A stretch of 64,000 nt of DNA from Mobula hypostoma (lineage: Eukaryota), in assembly GCF_963921235.1 (NCBI RefSeq), contig NC_086097.1, positions 228,968,001 through 229,032,000 on the forward strand. The letters are read 5' to 3'. The stretch's first letter is position 1. Every line of letters begins with the position of its first letter. Made by a program: the position numbers and the translations under genes. This document shows positions 1-12,102 of the stretch, piece after piece. A model generated the notes under the pieces. That model did no database searches and was not told where the DNA came from. It saw nothing but the letters and a program-made list of their open reading frames with translations.

Positions 1-789
1 AATTCCCAGTGCCTAGAGCATTTATTAAGCTAAAGGACACCCACTTCAATGGACTGTTAGTATCGTATCACAAAAAAGTACTCCATTATTGGCACAAACC
101 TGCACTGATGAGATGACTTTTAAAGTGCACTACCAGTGGTGGTTTTAAACTGGTGATCTCTGAGTTGACAGCTGGTACCAGTGTACCCATTCGTCTACTT
201 TTAAAAGGAAAAAAGGTAGGACAAGCAATTAATCTGTGCCTTATTTGAAATCTGAGTGTGCTACATCCAGCCCTGCATCCAAACACTTTGACTTGTTAAG
301 TGGAGCATGTGATCCCTGTGGCCCTTTAGTATCACAGGGACAGTAGTGGCTATCCCTACTACTAGCTGCTAGTATTCATTATTCGGCTGCTCTTTGTTAG
401 CTCAGCTGAACAGAATCCAATGAAAGACACTCCCATTGCAATCTTTAAAGACCATGTGCACTTGTTGACTGGAATGTAATAGAGTCTATTACACTACAGC
501 ACAGAAACAGGCCCTCTGGCCCATCTAATCCACGGCCTGACTGGTTTTCTGCCTAGTCCCATCTATCTGCACTTGGACCATAGCCCTCCATACCTCTCTC
601 ACCCATGCACCTACTCAAACTTCTGTAAGTGTTACAATTGAACCCACATCTACCACCGCAGCTGGCTACCAATTGACTGCAGAAACATGCAATCTGCCAC
701 AGTCACTGCAATGTGCCTGAAGTAACTGATGTAAAAAAGATGTAACTGATGTACAGTACTTAATTGCTCTGCCTCACTGTCTATCACCC

Positions 790-2647
790 AGTAGCACTTA
801 CATGCACGGTGATGAAGCGACCTGAGAGGTTGGTGATGATACTATCAACTGCAGCCTGAAAAGTGACTTGGATCCACACCAGTTTGCCTACCAGCTCAAC
901 AGATCTACAGATGATGCCATTTCATTGGCTCTTCACTCAACTCTGGAACATCTGGACAGCAATGATACATTCATCAGAATGATCTTCATCAACCACAGCT
1001 TGGCATTCGATACCATCATCCTCTCAAAACTAATCAATAAGCTTCAAGACCTTGGCCTCAATACCTCCTTGTGCAGCTGGATCCTCAATTTTCTCACTTT
1101 CAGACCCCAGTCAGTTCAAGTTGGCAATAACATCCCCTCCACAATCTCCATCAGCACAGGTGCACCACAAGGCTGTGTGCTTAGCCCCCTGTTCTACTCG
1201 CTTTACGCTTCTGACTATTTGGCTAAGTATAGCTCTAAAGCCATATTTAAGTTTGCTGATGACACTACTGCTGATAGCCAGACCAAAGGCGGTCAGCATA
1301 AATGAGGGAGATTGAAAATCTGGCTGAGCAGTGCCACAGTAACAACCTCTTACTGTTGCCTGGATTGGGGAGCATGCCTTATGAGAACAGGTTACGTGAA
1401 CTCGGCCTTTTCTCCTTGGAGCGACGGAGAATGAGAGGTGACCTGATGGAGGTGTACAAGATAATGAGAGGCATTGATTGTGTGGATAGTCAGAGGCTTT
1501 TTCCCAGGGCTGAAATGGCTAACACAAAAGGCATATTTTTAAGCTGCTTGAAAGTAGGTACAGAGGAGATGTCAGAGGTAAGTTTTTTATGCAGAGAGTG
1601 GTGAGTGTGTGGAATGGGCTGCCGGCAGCGGTGGTGGAGGCAGATATGATAGTCTTTTAAGAGACTCCTGAATGGATACATGGAGCTTAGAAAAATAGAG
1701 GGCTATGGGTAAGCCTAGGTAGTTCTAAGGTAAGGACATATTGGATACAGCTTTGTGGGCCAAAGGGCCTGTATTGTGCTGTAGGTTTTCTGTGTTTCTA
1801 TGCTTCTAATGTCAGCAAGACCAAGGAGCTTCAGAAGAAGGAAACTAGAAGTCCATGAACCAGACCTCGTCAGGGATCAGAGGTGGAGAGGGTCAGCAAC
1901 TTTAAATTGCTTGGTGTTATCACTTCAGAGAACCTGCCCGGGGCCAGCACATATGTCCAATTACGAGGAAAGCATGGCAGCGCTTCTCTTTCCTTTGAAG
2001 TTTGCAAAGATTCGGCATGACATCTGAAACTTTGACACACTTCTACAGATGTGTGGTGGAGAGTATGTGGTGGTTGTATCATTGCCTGGTATGGAAATAC
2101 CAGTGCCCTTGAATGGAAAATTCTACAAAAAGTGGTGGATGCGGCCCAGTCCGTCACGGGTAAAGCCCTCCCCACCGTAGAGCACATCTACACAGAGTGC
2201 TGTTGCAGGAAAGCAGCATCCATCGTCAAGGACCTCCTCTATCCAGACCTGCTCTTTTCTCACTGCTGCCATCAGGAAGGAGGTACAGGAGCCTCAGAAT
2301 TCACACCAGCAGGTTCGGGAACAGTTACTACCGCTCAGCCATCAGGCTCTGGAAAAGTGCGGATAACTTCATTCAGCTTCACTCGCCCCATCACTGAACT
2401 GCTCTCACAACCTATGGACTCACTTTCAAGGACTCTTTGCCTTATGTTCGCAATATTTATTGCTATTACTGTTACAATTTTTAATTTTGTATTTGCACAG
2501 TTTGTTGTCCTTCGGACAGCAGTTGTTTGCCATCCTGTTGGGTGCGGTCTTTCATTGATTCTATTATGGTTCTTGAATTTAAAATGAATATCAGGCTTGT
2601 ATATGGTGACGTATATGTACTTTGATGATAAATTTACTTTGAACTTT
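790..2647 (+). mobile_element. Rex1/Babar-type LINE, 5'-truncated and degenerate (RT, C-terminal region, 3' UTR), interrupted by a CR1 fragment
   Basis: ORF 868-1305 has [18 protein letters not shown] and [18 protein letters not shown] motifs; 2051-2587 has GCIIAWYG; ends in ataaatttactttgaacttt. Confidence 0.85.
1355..1807 (+). mobile_element. CR1-type LINE 3' fragment nested in the Rex1 element
   Basis: LGLFSLERRRMRGDLMEVYKIMRG motif; (tttctatg)-like tail; host reads aacaacctcttact|atgtcagcaag across the insert. Confidence 0.85.
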
Positions 2648-2754
2648 GTAAAGGTCAGCCTATCCTGCACTGAGATCCCAGTGCAAGTCCCCTAGTGAAG
2701 GATTGGTGTGTTGCTAAGTAAGGGCTGAAGATTACAGAAGGTGCCGAAACCAGA

Positions 2755-2893
2755 AGAGCAGAACACACACAATATGCTGGAGGAACTCAACAGGTCAGGC
2801 AGTATCCTTGGAAATGAACAAACAGTCAACATTTCAGGACATTCTTCATTATCAGAGTCCATAACATTTCAGGCCGGCACCCTTCTTCAGGAC
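2755..2893 (-). mobile_element. Short PLE 3'-end fragment with degenerate hammerhead
   Basis: acacacaatatgctggaggaactca...cccttcttcaggac is the reverse complement of the PLE terminal module seen at 6500 and 62801. Confidence 0.7.
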
Positions 2894-3820
2894 ATTACAA
2901 GAGATTCAATACTTTCAGCAGAGTTAAGGTAGGAATCCTCACTCAGAACCATCACAGTACAATCTTTAGCTCGTGTTGAGAGGCCTTCAGTTTTGTTTTT
3001 CTTCACTCCACCACTCTGCCACCATTGTTCACACCCCATACTGCTGCTTCTGCCCTCATCAGCAGAGACAGAAGCAAGAATCTGTTGATGGGAATTTTGG
3101 GAAGGCATTAATACAGTAGGAACAGGAGGAGTTGAACAGTAAGTCAGTGTTGTACTAGCTTGCAACCTGACAGAAAAGCACATCACACAAAAGTTGATGG
3201 GTCAGGCAGTACTCTTGTCAGTGGAATCCATTGCCACAGACAGCTATGGAGGCCGGGTGATTGGGTATATTTAAAGTGGAGTTTAATAGGCTCTTGGTTA
3301 GTAAGGTGCCCTCAACCATCAGTCCCTTGAACAAATTGGGATACCTATAGTCATTCTACTTCTGGTGTTCCCACATCCGACGGTCTCACTTTAAGGACTC
3401 TTTATTTTTTTGTTTCATGCTCGTTATCTATTGTTATTTATTTACATTTGAATTTGCACAGTTTGCTGTCCAGTAATCTTGTTTACAGTTACTGGTCTAT
3501 AGATTTGCTAAGTATGCCTCCAGAAAAAGATTCTCAGGGTTGTATGTGGTGATACGTATGGACTCTGATAATAAATTTTATTTTGAACTTTGAGAATGCG
3601 TCTGAGAGAAAAACTTAATCAGACGTGATCCAATGGCAGAGCAGGCTCAATGGGCTATATCAGACATCCCACCTCTCCCAGAAGTTCCGGGAGTCTCCCG
3701 CATATTGATAGTGGCTCCTTGATGCCCGGAAATTATATACAATATCCCAGAAATAGATTTTTTTTGAGAGGGAGAGGGAGAAGGAGAGTGAGCATCCTGA
3801 TTGATCTCTCTTTGTGTTAA

Positions 3821-4814
3821 GAGTAGTCCCCAACCACCGGGCCACGAGGAAACGATATGATTTGGCGATATGAGTCAGCTGCACCTTTCCTCATTCCCTG
3901 TCATGCACTGTTGAATTTTAACGCACATGAGGTCATCAGTGACCCAAGACGTGCAAAGGAATGGGTCCGTGACCCATTTGTGAATGTCCCTGGTGAATCA
4001 TCCATGTCAGCGCGGGAAGGAGATCAACTCCTTGAGCTTGCAAGTGACGGTGGGCTGAAAAGTATGTTTGACATAACATCTCTGCCGGCATTCTGGATCA
4101 AAGTCAAGGCTGAATATCATGAGATAGCCACGAAAGCACTGAAAACATTGCTTCCATTTCCAACATATCTCTGCGAAGCGGGCCTTTCTGCAATGAGTAT
4201 AACGAAAAATAAACTGCGGAATAGACTGGACATAAGGAACCCCTTTCGAGTATCGCTGTCTCCCATCACCCCTCGATGGGACCGTGTTGTTGCAGGAAAG
4301 CAAGCCCAGGGCTCCCACTGATTCAGCAATATTGGTGTGTTGCAATGATTTTATATGTTCATACAAGGAAAATATGCGCTGTGTGTTTAATATCCAAACG
4401 TTGCCTATTGCGTCGTCTCTGATCTGGGCCGACATTCACGTGCCGGGCGGCACCTAATCAACTAGCTTGTTTATTTCGGCTTTTTTTTAAATGTGCTAGG
4501 TGGGTTCTGGCTACCACTGTACCACTGCATTCTTCGCGGCTTGGAGGTTTGGGACCACTCTTATAATTGACTTATCACTACATTCATGCGAGGAAAATAT
4601 GTGCTGTATGTTCAATATTAAATTTGTTAGATAAACCCCTTTAGAAACGAAATTGAGTGTATTAGCCACTTACAAGTGACTTATAGTTGACTTATCACCT
4701 ATATTCCGGTCGCGTTTAACACCCACCACCCCCTCCCTTCTGGGGTCGGCAGGTCCACGAGAATATTGTCAATATTAAACCGGTCCGCAGTGCAAAAAAG
4801 GTTGGGGATCCCTG
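3821..4814 (+). mobile_element. hAT Charlie/Buster-type deletion derivative nested in the TIR element
   Basis: Left end gagtagtccccaacc; right-end-like ggtttgggaccactc (to 4560) and ggttggggatccctg (to 4814); carries a transposase remnant. Confidence 0.75.
3930..4321 (+). pseudogene. hAT (Charlie/Buster/ZBED5-like) transposase C-terminal dimerisation-domain fragment
   Basis: EWVRDPF...FWIKVKAEY.EIATKALKTLLPFPTYLCEAGLSAM..TKNKLRNRLD. Confidence 0.85.
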
Positions 4815-5878
4815 ATATAACCTAGCTGGCTAGCTGCCGAGGAGCTACGCTATTGCTGTCCTACGTGACGAGGCCAAACTCCCTGTCAACTTGCTTAAAG
4901 TTGTAATAGAATAAACATGATAATATAAGCATATATTTTAATCTGACATTTGTTGCATATACCCAACTTGGTTTACAGATTAGACAAAATCACTAAACAA
5001 AGTATTACATAGACCCTTGGAGGTCGATGGGGGTGGGGTGGGGGGCGCGGGGGTGCTACCTCCCTGAAATGAGTTTTTGCAGGGTGGGATGTCTGCTATA
5101 TGGCATAATTTGTTCCTATATCTTATAGAGACAAATGGACAGTAGGCATTTTGGATCAAGACCTTTCATCCAGACTTACAATTTTCTGAACTGAGAATTC
5201 TCCTAATGCTTGTAATTGCATCCCATTGCATGATGGGACTTCTGTTGTGAACCTGCTGAACTGGAGACTATCCGTAACTCATTATCCAATAGGAAATCAA
5301 AAGATGTAACCCAAATAATTACATTCAGTCACATATGTCTTTGGCTCATGTTTGCCCAGAGCTAGTGAGGAGCAGTTTTACTTTGTCTTCTCATCATATC
5401 CTTTGAAGCCCCCACCGATCAGGAAATGATCAACTCCTGCCTTAAATATACCCATGGACTTGGCCTCCACTGCAGTTTGTGGCAGAGCATTCCACAGATT
5501 TACTACTCTGTGGCTAAAAAAATGTCCTCCTTACCTCTGTTCTAAAAAGTCGTTCCTCAATTTTGAGGCTGTGCCCCCTAGTTCTGGATACCCCCACCAA
5601 AGGAAACATCCTCTCCACATCCACCTTATTTAGTCCTTTCAACATTTGGTAGGTTTCAATGAGATCCCCCTGCATTCTTCTAAATTCCAGTGAGTACAGG
5701 CCCAAAGCTGCCAAATGCTCCACGTATGTTAACTCCTTCCTCCCAGAATCATCTTTGTGAACCTCCTCTAGACTCGCTCCAATGACGACGCATCCTTTCT
5801 GAGACATGGGGCCCAAAACTGTTGACAATACTCCAAGTGCAGCCTGACTAGTATCTTATAAAGGCTCAGCATTATCTC

Positions 5879-6004
5879 GTAAACAACAGAATTTTCTTCC
5901 TTCAGTTAGTCCTGACGAAGGGTCTCGGCCTGAAACGTCGACTGCGCCTCTTCCTATAGATGCTGCTTGGCCTGCTGCGTTCACCAGCAACTTTGATGTA
6001 TGTT
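5879..6004 (+). mobile_element. Mini PLE insertion (short inverted tail plus hammerhead module) in CR1
   Basis: Flanked by gctcagcattatctc at 5864-5878 and 6005-6019; nearly identical to 17995-18105. Confidence 0.9.
5903..5944 (+). ncRNA. Minimal type-I hammerhead ribozyme motif
   Basis: agtc-CTGACGA-agg(gtctcgg)cct-GAAAC-GTC-gact. Confidence 0.8.
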
Positions 6005-6499
6005 GCTCAGCATTATCTCCTTGTTTTTATATTATATTCTCCTTGAAATAAATGCCAACATTGCATTTTACTTCTTTACCACAGATTCAACCTGTAAATT
6101 AATGTTCTGGGAGTCTTACACGAGGACTCCTAAGTCCCTCTGCACCTCTGATGTTTGAATTTTCTCCCCATTTAGATAATAGTCCGCACTTTTTTTCCTT
6201 TTACCAAAATGCATTACCATACATTTCCCAACACTGTATTTCATCTACCACTTTTTTGCCCATTCTTTCAACTTGTCTAAGTCCTGCTGTAATCGCATTG
6301 CTTCCTCAGGACTACCTACCTCTCCACCTATCTTTGTATCATCCGCAAACTTTGCCACAATGTCATCAATTCCATTGTCCAAATCATTGACAAACGATGT
6401 GAAAAGTAGTGGTCCCAATACTGACCCTTGAGGAACACCACTAGTCACTGGCAGCCAACCAGAAAAGGCTCCCTCTATTCCCACTCACTGCCTCCTGCA

Positions 6500-6648
6500 T
6501 CTTTTTTTCTCCAGTCCTGATGAAAGGTCTTGGCTCAAAATGTCGTCTGTACTCTTTTCCATAGATGCTGCCTGACCTGCTGAGTTCCTCCAGCATTTTG
6601 TGTGTGTTACTTGGATTTCCAGCATCTGCAGATTTTCTCTTGTTTGTG
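6500..6648 (+). mobile_element. Short PLE 3'-end copy, hammerhead degenerate
   Basis: cagtcCTGATGAaaggtcttggctcaaaatgtc...agatgctgcctgacctgctgagttcctccagc...cagcatctgcaga. Confidence 0.8.
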
Positions 6649-7133
6649 ATTGGAGTGGAAACAAGTTATCTTTGATCCCAAGGGACTTCCCTAAGGAGAA
6701 GCTGCAATATAGATGAGTTTAATGAATTCCAAAGTATTCACCTCCACATTGACTTTACATAATATTAAGAGAAGACATTTCCACCAAATGCCCTGCTTGT
6801 CTGATTTTGTCACGACAATGCAGTGAACACTATCACTACGTTCATATGACTTGCATGTATTACTGGCACTGCTCCCTCTAAGCTGCGTAGGTGTGCAGCC
6901 ACGCAGTAACTGAAATGCCCCCACAGACATCGCCTTTGTTGCCACGCAGCTGGAATTTTCTTTTATATAATGTTTTATTAACGTGCTGCACAGTTTTAAG
7001 AGAGTGTAAAAATTTCCTGCTCAGAGCAATGGTTGGTCCGGACAGCTTTAAAGAAATAGTGGGAACGTTGATTACTGGAAATAGATCTTTTTACAGGCAC
7101 TCTATGCTGTTGAATTCTTTTTTTTTAACTCAC

Positions 7134-7550
7134 TGAAAATCCACCTGCCTGTCATCTTTATATATAAGACAAAGTAAAGAGCAACAGATAATCATTATAA
7201 AAGGGGACAATTTTTTTTTGTCCTCAACCGTCTTGAATCCTCTTTGAGGACTGTGAGCTTTGACAGCCTCTACATCTGCAATAATGTCTTTAATCCTCTC
7301 CAGCCAGTATCCATTACTGCCCAGAATCCCGTGATCCCTGCTGGATAAAGTGTCCACTTCATGCCGAACAATGGGCTGAGGTCGAGTCAGTTTGGTTTGT
7401 CATGGAGACAGGAGATCGTAAATATAAGAAAAGCAGCTCACCCGGAGAGCTTGGGGCATCTGGTTGCGAGATGTTGCAGGGGTCGTTGTTTTTGTCTCGT
7501 TCTGCAAGAGTCGCATGACCTGCTCGACCTGCACTCCCCAAACATATTTT
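7134..7550 (-). other. Candidate exon(s) of an unidentified host gene in a repeat-free island
   Basis: Minus-strand acceptor gttttgacag near 7551; donors G|gtgagc near 7441 and CA|gtgagt at 7133; CpGs retained; no recognisable protein. Confidence 0.3.
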
Positions 7551-8779
7551 CTGTCAAAACACAGCAGAGACTCAACAAACAGAGAGCCTTTTCTTATTTA
7601 ATGGAGTGAAAATGGCTGGACTCGATGGTCAACTGCTTCTGATCACCATCACAAATGGAGCTTTAAACTTTCTCAGGGTGGTAGGCTGGGACTGGCTCTT
7701 TGATTTGTTGTTTTCCCGTGTGCGAGTGTGTGTGTGTGTATTTTTGTTTGTGTTTGGCCTGAGACGGGAGGAGATCCCTAGCTTTCCCACGCCCGGCCTT
7801 GCAATTGCTGTATTTTTGTTATCATTCACATCAATTCTTGTAATCAGCTCGGGCTCTCAGCAGGCTGGGATACGGGTGTCCTCACAGCCTTAGATTAGTG
7901 ATCCTGTTAAAGTCATTGCAAAAGAAAAAAAAGGGGAAAGAAGTCAGTCAGTATTTTTAAAAAAAGCTGAAGCTGTTTCCTTGATCCTTCCCAGTACTAC
8001 CACCGCCCATTCCCGTGCAATATATTGTCAAGGATTGCAGGCTGGCTCTGCAATGTGTTTAAAAAATTTCTCCGTGTTTTGGGTGAGGCTGAACATTGTC
8101 CATCCATAGCTGATTAGAGTTTAAAATCAATTACTCAGTCTAGGTTCACGTGTACCACACAATGTATAGAGGTGACAGCTTTCTTTCTCTGAAGAACATT
8201 ATTAAACACATTAGATTTTTTTTAAAGTCACGACTTGGCAGGTTTCATTGCATTTTCTTTTGGTTCCAGTACACACTATCAGATTTTAAAAAAATCATTT
8301 CAAGGCCTGGGTGGTGGGAACTGAACTCCTGAACTCTGAATTGCTAGCCTAATTCTTTAAGTGCTGGAGCTACTGTATGAATATTTGCAATCAAAAAGTT
8401 AGATACAGGTCCTTAATAGCAATTATAATTCTTGCAAAAACCAAGAATTGGAATCTATTATTCAAATAGCAGCAAATGTTTCCTGTAGATCTTAATCATC
8501 TCTCTAATGGGATTTGAAGTCTCAAAGAAACATAGCCTTTAGAAATACACTTCTACCCACTTAAACTGACGCTATAGAACAACTGGTGCATTTCCTGTGG
8601 TTCATGTTCTACAAACTGGACCCTGCATTGTTCTTCATTTGTTAACAACTTTGAATTACGAAGTTGAGTACAAATTGTATACATTTGTGGAATGTAAAAA
8701 AATAAGTACCAATTGAATTTAAGGATGCAGCTCAGGAAATTTAAAAAAATCATATGAAAAATGGAAAGAGAGGAATATA

Positions 8780-9178
8780 TCACATACATAAAATGCTGGA
8801 GGAACTCAGCAGATCAGACAGGAAATGGGCAGTCAACATTTTGGGCTGAGACCCTTCACCAGGACTGGAAAGGAAGGGGGTAGAAGGAAAAGAGTATAAA
8901 CTGGCAGGTGATAGATGTGAGGGGAAAGTGGGTGGATTGGGGAAGGCGAATGATTTTCCAAGTGAGGGAGAAAGTGGGTCGGTATCACCTGCCAACTTGT
9001 ACTCCTCCCACCTTTTAATTCTACTTTCTGCCCCCTTCCTTTCCAGTTTTGATTAAAGTCTCAACACAAAATGTTGACCATCCATTCCCCTTCATAGATA
9101 ACTCCTGACCTGTTGAGTTTCTCCAGCATTTTGTGTGTGTTGCTTCAGATTTCCAGCATCTGCAGAATCTCCCATGTC
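8780..9178. mobile_element. Older head-to-head pair of PLE 3' ends
   Basis: Minus arm cacatacataaaatgctggaggaactcagc...cccttcaccaggactg; plus arm ends tgtgttgcttcagatttccagcatctgcagaatctc. Confidence 0.75.
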
Positions 9179-9439
9179 TCCAGTATGGCAACGTAGTCAG
9201 GATGGGCTATTTGGCCCATTGAATCGGAGACTGTTCTTCCAAAGGCAAGCCAATTCAGCCTGTTCACCCTTTTTTCACTTCAGTACAGAAATAGTCCTTT
9301 CTGTTCAACACAGTTGGTGCTTATCTTCTACACCAGATGTAGCCTAATCTCATCCTGTTCCTGAGTTTGCCATCTCATTTTCCTTTAGCCATATATCTGA
9401 ATGCCAGCGTGGTCTCTGCCTCATTCACCACCGTCTCTG

Positions 9440-10528
9440 ATACCATTATAACAGATCAATCTATCATCACAATAGGTCAACCCTGCTACATCAGATCAAC
9501 ACCACATGCCATGTCACTGGCTCTTCACTCAACCCTGGAACAGCTGGACAGTGAAGATGCATACATCAGGATGCTCTTCGTTGACTACAGCTCACATTTA
9601 ATACTACTCATCCCCTCAGAACTAATCAAAAAACTTCCAGACTCTGGCCTCAATACCTCCTTATGCAATTGGATCCTCAACTTTCTCAGTTGCAGACCTC
9701 AGTCAGTTCAGATTGGCAACAACACCTCCATCAACCCAGGTGCACCACGAGACTGTGTGCTTAGCTACCTGCTTACTCACATTACACTTACAACTGTGTG
9801 ACTAAGCAGAGCTACAACGTCATGTTTAAGTTTGCTGGTGACACCACTGTCAGTGGGTGAATCAGCTCATAGAAGGGAGATTGAAAATCTGGCCGAGTGG
9901 TGCCACAACAACAACCTCTCACTCAACGTCAGCAAGATCAAGGAGCTGATTATTGACTTCAGAAAGAGGAAAGTGGAGGTCCATGAGCCAGTCCTCATCA
10001 GGAGATCAGAAGTGGAGAGGGTCAGCTACTTTGTGAAGATTCGGCATGTCATATAAAACTTCGACAAACTTCTATAGATGTGTGTTGGGAGTACATTGAC
10101 TGGCTGCATCACAGCCTGGCATGGACAAGACCAACGACCGTGAATGGAAACTTCTATAAAAAGTAGTGGGTATGGCCAAGTCCATCGCGGTAAAGCCCCA
10201 CCCCACCACTGAGCACATCTACACCGAGCACTGTTACAGGAAAGCAGCATCCATCATCAAGGACCATTCAACGACTCTTTGCACTGCTGTGATCAGGAAG
10301 AGGGTACAGGAACCTTGGGGCCCACACCACAACCATCAGGCTTTTGAACAAGGGGGATAACTTCATTTGCCCCACCACTGAAATGTTCCCAGAACCTATG
10401 GGCTCACTTTCAAGGACTCTTCATCTCATATCTTTTTTCTGTTTTGCATTTACACAGTTTTTGTCTTTTGCACATTGGTAGTTTGTCCATTCATTGGGTG
10501 CAGTCTTTCAATGATCCTATGGTTTCTT
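9440..10528 (+). mobile_element. Rex1/Babar-type LINE, degenerate
   Basis: [44 protein letters not shown]; same family as 790-2647. Confidence 0.85.
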
Positions 10529-10647
10529 CAAGCTGGTAGGTTAATTGGTCATTGTAAATTGTTCCATGGTTGGGCTAGAGTTAAATCAGAGGTTTAACTC
10601 TAGAAGGGCCAGAGGGCCTATTTGAAGCTGTATCTCATTAAATAAAG

Positions 10648-11277
10648 GCAGGGGGAGAAGATAGCGGCACGAGGCAGCGTGCATAGCCTCTCCAGTGAAA
10701 TGATATCATATTGTTAAATAGGGGCCGTGCACAATTCTGATTTGATGGAGACAGCCGTGACAGCATGGAGGAACATTCTGAGTAACTTCTGAAATGCCCA
10801 GTTCGCTGCCGCTGCTACTGTGCGATCGAGAATCTCCAGAGGGGAAGGCCCCAAATCCTCGGCTTTGCCTGCTGTTGGTGACCGAGGCTGGGGTCGAAGC
10901 GTTCAGCAGAGATGGTGCTCGGTACTCGGTGTCGGAGGGCTGATCGGAGGCTCGAAGTTTTCGGATGAATCAGAGTCGGACTGTGGTCGGGCATGGCAGG
11001 GAGAGTTTTCTTCCTTCTCCCGTCTGCGTGAGATGTGGGACTTTCGAGAGACTTTGAACTTTTTGCTGTGCTAATGGCCTGTTCTTCATCAAATTACAGT
11101 ATTGCTTGCACTGTTGTAGCTATATGTTATAATTATGTGGTTTTTGTTAGTTTTTCAGTCTTGGTCTGTCCTGTGTTTCTGTGATATCACACCAGAGGAA
11201 TATTGTATCATTTCTTAATGCATGCATTACTAAATAACAATAAAAGAGGACTGCTTGTCCTCATAATTTAATCTAAA
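10648..11277 (+). mobile_element. GC-rich ORF-less retroposon-like element
   Basis: Starts ggggagaagatagcg, CpG-rich body, ends aataaaagagg...taatttaatctaa. Confidence 0.45.
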
Positions 11278-12102
11278 TGAATTAAATTAAGGAACCCCGT
11301 AACACAGGCCATGCCCTCTTCTCATTGCTTCCATCAAGCAGGAGGTACAGGAGACGAAAGACACACACTCAATGCTTCAGGAACAGCTCCTTGCCCTCCG
11401 CCATCAGATTTCAGATTGGACCATGAACCCACCACTATTTTTGTTGCTCTCCTTTTGAACTACTTGCTTAATTTAATTTTTTTAGTTAGCTATAATTTTT
11501 TCTCTATTATTATGTATTGCATTGTATTGCTGCTGCAAAACAACAAGTTTCACGACATACGCCCGCGATATTAAACCTAATTTCTGATATAATCTCGCGA
11601 GTCGTTCCAGTTCTTCTCTAAAATAAAATCACATTTCCTTATCCTCTAACCATCTGCTTGTCAGATGAAGTTTTAACATGGACAAATGTCTTGGCAAAAT
11701 AACATACATAAAATATAAACACGAATGATATCAGATAGAGTTTTGGATTATAGGAGAAAGCAAAGAACCTATCATTGCAGAGCAGGTATCAATAAGCTTA
11801 ATAGAATGCTCTGCAAAGTAAACAAAATCGAAGGACATACTGGGATGATTTTGTCCGACATTTTGGGTGCAATTGGCTGAGTTCTGGCTCTGTACATATC
11901 CTCAACGCCAGTCCTTTATGGTGAATAACCAAGTTATGACAACGCTTCAAGTTCACAATTATTAATTGATGATTAATTTGTGACCTTCCATAGATATGGT
12001 TTATAGTAAACAGCATTATAAAATAAATCTTAAACATTACTTCAATCTTAGAAGCAGAATGTGCCAAAAAGAAAGAAAGAGGCATAGACAGTAACATAAT
12101 CG

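Larger units (their letters stand above)
3661..5095. mobile_element. Non-autonomous TIR DNA transposon (hAT-like), copy 1
   Basis: TIR cagacatcccacc / ggtgggatgtctg; flanking duplication ctatat; second copy in opposite orientation at 54071-54799. Confidence 0.85.
5390..6497 (-). mobile_element. CR1-type LINE fragment (RT C-terminal half)
   Basis: ORFs 6245-6484 (VTSGVPQGSVLGPLLF..KFADDTK) and 5514-5828 (LYSLEFRRMQGDLIE). Confidence 0.9.

Noticed and set aside
7130..7357. 75-aa ORF as a complete CDS
   Set aside because: Non-ATG start, no recognisable domain, and the stop overlaps a splice-donor-like site; kept only as an exon candidate
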